A stretch of 15,113 nt of DNA from Promethearchaeota archaeon (GTDB taxonomy: Archaea; Asgardarchaeota; Lokiarchaeia; Sigyniarchaeales; SOKP01). The position numbers were made by a program, and so were the translations under genes. Numbering within the stretch: the first letter of the stretch is position 1; each line of letters begins with the position of its first letter. The DNA lies in assembly GCA_004524535.1 (NCBI GenBank), contig SDNY01000089.1:1-15113 (forward strand), in the 5' to 3' direction. The notes under the pieces were generated by a model. That model was not told the origin of the DNA. It worked only from the letters and a program-made list of their open reading frames with translations, and did not search any database. Shown piece after piece: positions 1 to 6,847 of this stretch.

Positions 1-314
1 AATTTAAAGGAAAATTAAAAGGAATAAGTGAGGTTATCCAATGGAAAATCGGTGACGATATCGCATATTACACTGAAATAAAAGATCAGACAATAAAAGC
101 ATCTGATGGAACGGCATCAAATCCAACAATAACCTTTGAGGTCCCTGATGTCTCTGATGCATTAGGTCTATTTACACAAAGAGGGGATACGGATATAATT
201 AAAATAATATCGGCAGGAAAACTTAAAATTAATGGAGATGCCGCAACAGTCCAGAAACTTGGTTTTATATTAGAGACTGTAGGAGAATATATGCAAGGTA
301 TGGGAGGTGGCTGA
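1..314 (+). CDS. SCP2 (sterol carrier protein 2)-domain protein, 5'-truncated by the window edge
   Basis: Not in the ORF track. Open frame from nt 3 to TGA 312-314 (FKGKLKGISEVIQWKIG...NPTITFEV...IISAGKLKINGDA...MGGG*). IQWKI and GKLKINGD match the SCP2 pattern and the downstream paralog. Confidence 0.8.
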   Translation, partial: FKGKLKGISEVIQWKIGDDIAYYTEIKDQTIKASDGTASNPTITFEVPDVSDALGLFTQRGDTDIIKIISAGKLKINGDAATVQKLGFILETVGEYMQGMGGG

Positions 315-318
315 TTTT

Positions 319-705
319 ATGGATAAAGTTGAGTTTCAGGCAAAAATGATGTTTTTCATAATGTGTAAAAGTCTAGAGGAGATTGCAAAGGTTGACGAGG
401 ATTTACAAGAAGAATTGGAAGATTTTGATGGAAAAATACAATGGAAAATCGCGAGTTTTAAAGGGTATCAAGTCATTGAAGAAGGCAAATATTCTTTTAA
501 GATGGATGAAGAAATTGACGATGCAGACCTCACTATGATAATTGAGGAGGCTGAAGTGGCCAGAGGCTTTTTCAATGGAGAAGTGGATGCCACGTCGGCC
601 TATATGTCTGGAGACTTAAAGATCGAAGGCGATTTACAATTGGCTATGGGCTTTGGTTCGCTGGCAGAATTTATCCAAGATTATTTAGAACCAATTAGAG
701 GGTAA
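319..705 (+). CDS. SCP2-domain lipid-binding protein
   Basis: ADLTMII...FFNGEVDATSAYMSGDLKIEGDLQLAM is typical of SCP2. ATG 319 is preferred over GTG 307 because GGAGGTG (303-309) sits at Shine-Dalgarno spacing from it. Confidence 0.85.
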   Translation: MDKVEFQAKMMFFIMCKSLEEIAKVDEDLQEELEDFDGKIQWKIASFKGYQVIEEGKYSFKMDEEIDDADLTMIIEEAEVARGFFNGEVDATSAYMSGDLKIEGDLQLAMGFGSLAEFIQDYLEPIRG

Positions 706-773
706 GCAAGAAAGCACATTTATAATCTTAAAATCAAATAATTTTTATTTTTCTTAGTTTTTTAATCAATATC

Positions 774-1718
774 TTGAATAACGAAAATTATGTAAAAGGG
801 ATTATTTTCGCATTAATTGCGCTCTTTTTAGTGTCTTTGCAGCCAATTGTAGCGATTGCGAGGCCAATGGTTATAGACTTTTACATTTTTGCTGCTATGA
901 CTTGTCTAATCCAGGCAATAATCTTCTTGCCATTAATGCTAATTGAGAGAAAAAAAATAAAATCGTCAATTCAAATTGAACCACTTAATTCTCAAGATTT
1001 TGAATTGATTTTAAACGGATGGAAAAAAAATAAAAAGTTCTTGATTTACTTAGGGATAAATTTTGCCATTGCTCAAGCATTGTTTTTTATAGCCTATCAA
1101 CTTGCGGGGGCTATAAATGGTTCTCTTGCTCAACAAACAACTATAATTTTTGGGCTTTTCTTTGGGTATATCATAAATCATGATAAAATTTCAAAGATTC
1201 AGATTTTCTTTGTATTTGTCTTATTTTTTGGACTATTTCTTGCGATTACTCAAGGTTCTTTTAATTTACTTGAATTTAACATAGGCGTAATAATAATGAT
1301 TGCAATAGCTGCATTATGGATGCTGGCTCATACGTTAACTAAACCAATATTAGATCGAAATGAAATGACACCCACTCAAATAGTTTTTGCAAGGAATATT
1401 CTAAGCGGATTAATCTTAATCTCTACATATTTCATCTTCTTTCCAGTAGGTAATATAAAAATGTTATTTGACCCTATAAACCTGTTTTTTTTCATCAGTA
1501 TGGGTGTATTATATGGATTTGACGTATTATTTTGGTATAAATGTCTCAACAATATTGAAGTAAGTAAGGCAACAATTCTCGTATCTCCTATGCCAATATT
1601 AGTAGCTTTTTTCGCTTTTATTTTTTTAGGTGAGATCTTCACGATTTTTCATCTCATTGGTACATTTATAATAATCTTTTCGATTGCGATTATCGTAAGA
1701 GAAAAAAAAGAGGATTAA
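774..1718 (+). CDS. DMT/EamA family transporter (paralog 1)
   Basis: 314 aa with about 10 hydrophobic segments and an EamA-like C-terminus (PILVAFFAFIFLGEIFTIFHLIG); TTG start. Confidence 0.88.
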   Translation: MNNENYVKGIIFALIALFLVSLQPIVAIARPMVIDFYIFAAMTCLIQAIIFLPLMLIERKKIKSSIQIEPLNSQDFELILNGWKKNKKFLIYLGINFAIAQALFFIAYQLAGAINGSLAQQTTIIFGLFFGYIINHDKISKIQIFFVFVLFFGLFLAITQGSFNLLEFNIGVIIMIAIAALWMLAHTLTKPILDRNEMTPTQIVFARNILSGLILISTYFIFFPVGNIKMLFDPINLFFFISMGVLYGFDVLFWYKCLNNIEVSKATILVSPMPILVAFFAFIFLGEIFTIFHLIGTFIIIFSIAIIVREKKED

Positions 1719-1766
1719 ATTCATATAACAAAATTTTTTATATCTCAGCGCTTTTTATTTTCTATC

Positions 1767-2717
1767 TTGAATAACGAAAATTATGAAAAAGGGATTATTT
1801 TCGCATTAGGTGCGCTCTTTTTAGTAGGATTACAACCTATTATCGCAAATTCAAGACCTCTTTCACTAGATCCTTATTTTTTTGCAGCAACGACATGTAT
1901 AGTTGAGGCCATTATCTTTTTTCCTTTAATGCTCATCGAAAGAAAAAGAATTAGATTATCTCACGAGAAAGACTTAATCACTAATGAAGATATCTCGACT
2001 CTTTTAAATGGCTGGAAAGACAATAAAATTCTACTTATCTACATAGGGATAAATTTTGGAATAGCTCAGGTTCTATTTTTCTGGGGTTATCAACTAGCTG
2101 GCGCAATTAATGGTTCTCTTAGTCAGAAAACGGTTGTAATTTTTGGTCTTCTGTTTGGATACTTGATAAATAAGGAAAAAGTAAGATATCCTCAAATTAT
2201 ATTTTCACTATTGTTATTTTTTGGACTCGTCTTAGCAGTAACAGCGGGAAAATTTAATTTATTAGAATTTAATATAGGTGTTTTATTAATTATTATTACT
2301 GCGACGCTATGGATGCTCGCTCACTCATTAACAAAACCAATTTTAGATAAGAATGAGGCAACTCCAGTTCAATTAGTATTTATTAGAAATTTTTTAAGCG
2401 GATTATTTTTAATCTCTACATATTTCATCTTTTTTCCAATTGAAAACATTTTTTTAATCTTCGACTCAATCAGTTTATTTTTTATTATATTAATGGGGTT
2501 AGCTTACGGTTTAGGATTATTCTGCTGGTATAAAGTCTTGACTTATTTAGGTACATCAAAAGGTAGTGCTATTACCTCTGGAACGCCAATCGTTACCATT
2601 ATTTTTGCAACAATTATATTAGGTGAAATATTTACAATTTTTCATATTATTGGAACTTTATTGGTCATTTTCTCCGTTCTAATGATAGTTAGACCAAGAA
2701 AGGACGAAAATAAATAA
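1767..2717 (+). CDS. DMT/EamA family transporter (paralog 2)
   Basis: 316 aa, colinear with 774-1718 (shared YQLAGAINGSL, FNLLEFNIGV, LWMLAH, LGEIFTIFH); TTG start. Confidence 0.88.
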   Translation: MNNENYEKGIIFALGALFLVGLQPIIANSRPLSLDPYFFAATTCIVEAIIFFPLMLIERKRIRLSHEKDLITNEDISTLLNGWKDNKILLIYIGINFGIAQVLFFWGYQLAGAINGSLSQKTVVIFGLLFGYLINKEKVRYPQIIFSLLLFFGLVLAVTAGKFNLLEFNIGVLLIIITATLWMLAHSLTKPILDKNEATPVQLVFIRNFLSGLFLISTYFIFFPIENIFLIFDSISLFFIILMGLAYGLGLFCWYKVLTYLGTSKGSAITSGTPIVTIIFATIILGEIFTIFHIIGTLLVIFSVLMIVRPRKDENK

Positions 2718-2849
2718 TAAAAAAGGGAGTTAATTGAATTCTTAAATTTACTCTAATATATTTAAAAGGATTTATTTAATTTCTTTAATTTATTAATCAA
2801 AATTACTTAAAATCAATTTGAAAATTACTAAAATGTGAGGTAATAGTAG

Positions 2850-3679
2850 ATGGTACAAATTTCAGGCGACTGGGGATTCAGAAATCGCCTCAATAGGATA
2901 ATCAAGCCTAAATCTGGACGATGTGTGATGTTAGCAATAGATCACGGCTATTTTGGAAACGTGCCCGGTCAATTAAAATGTTTTGAAGAGATGTCACCCC
3001 TATTTAAGTATGCCGATGCCTTGATGTTAACACGGGGAATGTTGAGAAATTGTGTCCCCTCAGAGGTTGAGGCCCCTATAGTATTAAGAGTCTCAGCAGG
3101 AGCAAGTATGTTAAAAGAACTTTCTAATGAGGAAATCAATGTAGCTGTGGATGATGCCATTAGATTAAATGTTTCAGCAATAACATGCTCAATATTTGTT
3201 GGAGGAGAATATGAAAAACAATCTCTCATGAACTTATCGAAACTAGTAAATTGGGGTCAGCAATATGGCATTCCAACGTTAGCCGTGACAGCGGTAGGGC
3301 GTGAAATGGTGAGGGATGCTCGTTATTTAGGTATGGCAAGTAGAATGGCTGCTGAAATGGGAGCAACTTTCGTGAAAACATATTATTGCGAGAATTTTGA
3401 GGAAGTTACAAGTATCTGTCCTGCGCCAATTGTTATTGCTGGCGGTAAAAAAATTCCTGAAAAAGACGCTTTACAAATGGCGAAAAATGCCGTCGATAAA
3501 GGTGCTGTCGGCGTAGACTATAGCTATTTAGCTTAGTTATAGGCGCAAATATGGGAAGAAATATCTTTCAATCTGATAGCCCGATTGGCATGATAAAAGC
3601 TGTACGAAGAATAGTCCATGAGAATGTCTCGGCTGATGAAGCATTCGAAATTTACAAGAATGGTCCAAAAGGATTATAA
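2850..3679 (+). CDS. lsrF: LsrF/DhnA-family class I aldolase/thiolase, split by a 32-nt intron: join(2850..3516,3549..3679), 265 aa
   Basis: Motifs [26 protein letters not shown]. The track ORF stops at TAG 3534-3536, but the missing C-terminus [24 protein letters not shown]...GPKGL* follows at 3551-3679 in another frame. SD-like GAGGT at 2838-2842. Confidence 0.88.
3517..3548 (+). other. Putative archaeal BHB-type mRNA intron (32 nt)
   Basis: 4-bp central helix GCGU(3511-14)/GCGC(3543-46); 3-nt bulges AGA(3515-17) and AAA(3547-49); 9-bp intron stem CUAUAGCUA(3518-26)/UAGUUAUAG(3534-42) with a 7-nt loop. Cleavage after the 2nd base of each bulge gives GTA G|AT ATG = V-D-M. Confidence 0.85.
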
Positions 3680-3702
3680 TTTTTTTTTTCTATTTTTTTT
3701 TA
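3680..3702 (+). terminator. T-rich archaeal-type terminator after the spliced lsrF
   Basis: Long oligo-T runs directly after TAA 3679, consistent with 3679 being the real gene end. Confidence 0.5.
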
Positions 3703-3814
3703 TTATTATTATAATTTTCTTTTAAATATGATTTTCAAAGAATTTAATTTAATTACAAAAATTTCTGCTCTCCTTCTTTATAAATATATATGAAGTTATT
3801 AAATATATATTACA

Positions 3815-4948
3815 ATGGAAAAAAATAAATATTCAGCAACAAAATTAATAGAAGATTTAAGGAGAGAAATTTTTAAAATAATTCCAACTAGTTTTTTCAT
3901 TAATAATCTTAAAGTAAAAATGATTCGAAATGGAATTCTATCTGATAAAAAGTTAAGCCTTATCCTATGTGGTTATGAAGGTCGCCTTAAAAGGATTAAA
4001 AGGAATATTAGAGCTAATCCAGATTTTAAAATAGCTCAAGATGAATTAATGGATTGGAGCAATAGTATTAATGATTACTTCGGTTCTAAGAGTGACAAGA
4101 TAATTAATTTTATTAAGCAATATCGAGAATTAAACGAAAATTTGCCGATATCCAGAAAAAAAGGATTAAAAGTTTTAAATTATCATCCTAAATTAAAATT
4201 AGATTTTTTTGAAATAATTAATACAAAAGAAAAAGCATATTGGCTAGGACTAATATGGGCAGAAATATACCTAGGGAAAAGAGGTGAAATAAGCCTTGAA
4301 TTAAATAATAAAGATGAAATTCTAATAGATAGATATTGTAAAACCTTAGGTTTAAACCCAAAATATAAAAAATACCAAGTAAAAATGAGAAAAAAAAGTC
4401 CAAGAACATATGTTAGAATTAGATTTAAAAGCAGTAAAATTCAAAAGGATCTATACAAATTAGGGTATATAAAAAGCAGTAAAAAGTCTACAATATTTCC
4501 TAAATTAGATATTCGAGAATTAGATTTAGCGTTTCTACTTGGATTTTTCGATGGTGACGGAAAGGAAGGTACAAATACACTTCATATAGGTAGTAGGAAA
4601 ATTCTTGAACACATTAAGGAAAAATTTAATGTTCCTCATGAAATTCTGCCTGATAAGAAAGGATATTATTACTTTAGTCTAGGTGGAAAATTATTTAATG
4701 AAATGATGACAAATTATAGAAATAGCCTAGAAAGAAAAAGAAGATTCTTTAGAGTTCCAATTAAAGAAAAATTAAAAGAACTAATCTCAAGAGAAAAACT
4801 TAGAGAATTAGTATGGAAATTAACCCTCAAGGAAATAGCTGAAAGATATAATGCTTACCCAAGAGCCATTTCTGAATTATGTATTGAGTGGGGGATAAAA
4901 AGACCTCCTACTCATTATTGGCATCAAAATTTAAGTGAGCAAAAATAG
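3815..4948 (+). CDS. Free-standing double-motif LAGLIDADG homing-endonuclease-like protein with C-terminal HTH
   Basis: Motif 1 AYWLGLIWAEI (degenerate), motif 2 AFLLGFFDGDG; very Lys/Arg-rich; HTH-like tail LTLKEIAERYNAYPRAISELCIEWGIKRP. No intein splice residues or host-protein fusion seen. Confidence 0.85.
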   Translation: MEKNKYSATKLIEDLRREIFKIIPTSFFINNLKVKMIRNGILSDKKLSLILCGYEGRLKRIKRNIRANPDFKIAQDELMDWSNSINDYFGSKSDKIINFIKQYRELNENLPISRKKGLKVLNYHPKLKLDFFEIINTKEKAYWLGLIWAEIYLGKRGEISLELNNKDEILIDRYCKTLGLNPKYKKYQVKMRKKSPRTYVRIRFKSSKIQKDLYKLGYIKSSKKSTIFPKLDIRELDLAFLLGFFDGDGKEGTNTLHIGSRKILEHIKEKFNVPHEILPDKKGYYYFSLGGKLFNEMMTNYRNSLERKRRFFRVPIKEKLKELISREKLRELVWKLTLKEIAERYNAYPRAISELCIEWGIKRPPTHYWHQNLSEQK

Positions 4949-4992
4949 AATAATAAGTAAGGTTATTAACTTAATTAATATTTATGATTAGC

Positions 4993-5421
4993 TTACTTTT
5001 CAGATTCATTCCAATTTTTATATACAGATTTATGCTCATATTTTAAATAATGAATGATATCCAATATTCCACCAATAAATGACAATATACCAATTATAAT
5101 CCATATACTATCAGAAGTAAAGTAAAACAAGATTATGTATAAAAAATTGTAGAAAATCCCTATGAACCAAGGATTAAAAGAACCCATATATCTACCATAA
5201 GGTCGTATCCCTATATAAGAATAATAAATAGTTGTTCCATATACAAAGTAGAACATTATAATTACAATTAAGAAATACAGAGAATTTGACATTACGATAT
5301 AGTAGTAACCCCGAATTGTTATTAAAACTAACACTATTAGAAATAGAACACAAATAATATATGAAAATATTGTATTCCTTTCCTTTAAATCTCTTAATCT
5401 GATTGGTTTATTGTTTTTCAT
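4993..5421 (-). CDS. Hypothetical membrane protein (about 4 TM segments)
   Basis: 142-aa ORF with ATG start and four hydrophobic, Tyr/Ile-rich stretches; fills the gap convergent with the LAGLIDADG gene; no family recognised. Confidence 0.6.
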   Translation of the reverse strand: MKNNKPIRLRDLKERNTIFSYIICVLFLIVLVLITIRGYYYIVMSNSLYFLIVIIMFYFVYGTTIYYSYIGIRPYGRYMGSFNPWFIGIFYNFLYIILFYFTSDSIWIIIGILSFIGGILDIIHYLKYEHKSVYKNWNESEK

Positions 5422-5520
5422 TGAAAGTGGATTTTTAATTATGAAAAATTAATTCAAGAAAATTATTATTCTTATTTTTTTAATAAAATTATGTTTTTCA
5501 GAGTAATTATTGATTGGTAT

Positions 5521-5637
5521 ATTTTTCAATCAGATAAACCAATTGGAATGATTAAAGCTGTTAGAGCAATTGTGCATGAAAATGCTTCGGTGGATGAAGC
5601 TTACGAAATATATCAGAGTGGTCCAGTAGGATTGTGA
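5521..5637 (+). pseudogene. Orphan duplicate of the lsrF 3' end (38 codons + stop)
   Basis: Translates to [38 protein letters not shown], 30/38 aa identical to 3563-3679; similarity to lsrF stops at about 5519. Confidence 0.92.
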
Positions 5638-5644
5638 AATAGCC

Positions 5645-5682
5645 TTTATTTTTTCTTTTTTCTTATTATTTTATTTTTATTT
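5645..5682 (+). terminator. T-rich terminator-like tract after the orphan lsrF 3' end
   Basis: Repeated oligo-T runs after TGA 5637. Confidence 0.4.
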
Positions 5683-5744
5683 GGTTAATTTAATAAATCT
5701 TAATTTATTTTTTTCTACAATACACATATTAAGAATATATTACA

Positions 5745-6722
5745 ATGGAAATACCTAAGATAAAGAATCTCGAAATTAAAGAAGTTATAAAAGATAATAT
5801 CTTAATAGCGCATCAGAATAAGGTGCCTAGTGATTTTTCTTGCTGTGATGGATTAATCATTTTACCTAGAAAAGGGCGAAATTCTGAGACTGTTATTCTT
5901 GATTTGAATATTCAACCTAAATATTCAATAGAACTCTATAAGGATATTGGTCCTATTTTAAATTATGTCTGTACTCATGGGCACTTGGATCACATGGCTC
6001 ATGTATATGGATGGGAAGCATTAGAGGCAACTATCCACGCACCTAATCCTGAAGCAAATTATCTACTTGATTTAAAAAATTTTCATAAAGATAATTTCGA
6101 TGCGAGAGTGAGTTTTAGCGATGTTAAAAAATTTGCTGAATTAAATGAATATTTTACCTGCAATAATGTGGAAGCATTTGAACCAGGAGATACATTAAAA
6201 TTTGAAAATTTGATTATAGAAACGATTCCATTTCCGGGACATGGCAATGGGCATGTTGGCCTTTATATTCCTTCCGAAAAAGTATTACATATAAGTTGTA
6301 TGGGATTTGACCAACCTGAACCGGGAATCGATGGATTTGGTCCATGGTATGGTTTTCAAGATTGTTCAATTGAACAATATTTAGAGGATATTGATAAAGC
6401 AGAGAAACTTTTCCTTGAAAAAGCTAAATTTTTAACTTCTAGTCATGGCTACATTGTGAAAAATCCAGATAAAACACCCTTTGAATATATGAGGAGAAAA
6501 TTAAAAGAACGGCAAAACTTAGTCAATATGGCAGCAATAAAGTCAGAATTAAGTTTAAATTTAGAGGAAAGTGTAAATCTCTTATTAGAACAAGACTTAA
6601 TTTTTCAAAAAAAGAAAATGAAATCCTTTCTTAAGAAGATATATACTTTTTGGGAATATTGGATAATTAAAAAGCATCTTCAACATACTTATAAAACCTT
6701 AGAAATAGAAGAACAAGATTAA
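5745..6722 (+). CDS. Metallo-beta-lactamase-fold hydrolase
   Basis: HxHxDH motif (THGHLDHM), PGHGNGH and SSHG; 325 aa. Confidence 0.9.
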   Translation: MEIPKIKNLEIKEVIKDNILIAHQNKVPSDFSCCDGLIILPRKGRNSETVILDLNIQPKYSIELYKDIGPILNYVCTHGHLDHMAHVYGWEALEATIHAPNPEANYLLDLKNFHKDNFDARVSFSDVKKFAELNEYFTCNNVEAFEPGDTLKFENLIIETIPFPGHGNGHVGLYIPSEKVLHISCMGFDQPEPGIDGFGPWYGFQDCSIEQYLEDIDKAEKLFLEKAKFLTSSHGYIVKNPDKTPFEYMRRKLKERQNLVNMAAIKSELSLNLEESVNLLLEQDLIFQKKKMKSFLKKIYTFWEYWIIKKHLQHTYKTLEIEEQD

Positions 6723-6847
6723 TCTTCTTCTGGTTCTAAAATTACTTTCATCGATTCGTTGGCTTCACAGACAACTTTAAATGCCGCTCCAGCCTTACTA
6801 AGCGGAAATCGATGTGATATTAACTTCACTATTTCAAATTTCTTGGA
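6719..6847 (-). pseudogene. Orphan duplicate of the Zn-dehydrogenase 3' end (42 codons + stop)
   Basis: Minus strand reads SKKFEIVKLISHRFPLSKAGAAFKVVCEANESMKVILEPEED*, an ungapped 21/42 aa match to the end of 8444-9493 (SKKLSIVNLISHRYSIEKVQEAFNTVCDADNSLKVIIDFEMG*); preceded in frame by TGA. Confidence 0.9.

Larger units (their letters stand above)
3517..5518. mobile_element. Putative endonuclease cassette 1: intron + replacement lsrF 3' end + LAGLIDADG gene + membrane-protein gene
   Basis: Bounded by two diverged copies of the lsrF 3' end (3563-3679 and 5521-5637). The left boundary is uncertain and could lie further inside lsrF. Confidence 0.65.

Noticed and set aside
2850-3536. lsrF as a simple truncated 228-aa gene or dead pseudogene
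   Set aside because: The rest of the gene is intact 32 nt downstream, and the insertion has BHB geometry whose canonical cut sites restore the frame exactly.
3815-4948. LAGLIDADG domain as part of an intein
   Set aside because: No N-terminal C/S block or C-terminal HN, and no flanking host protein.
3560-5520. One large endonuclease-containing intron joining lsrF to the orphan tail at 5521
   Set aside because: I could not build a BHB or group I/II boundary between these ends, and the segment has its own lsrF tail, terminator-like tract and an antisense gene.
6708-6730. Palindrome around AAGATTAATCTT as a regulatory site
   Set aside because: Explained by two convergent coding ends, both ending GAT TAA, with overlapping stops.
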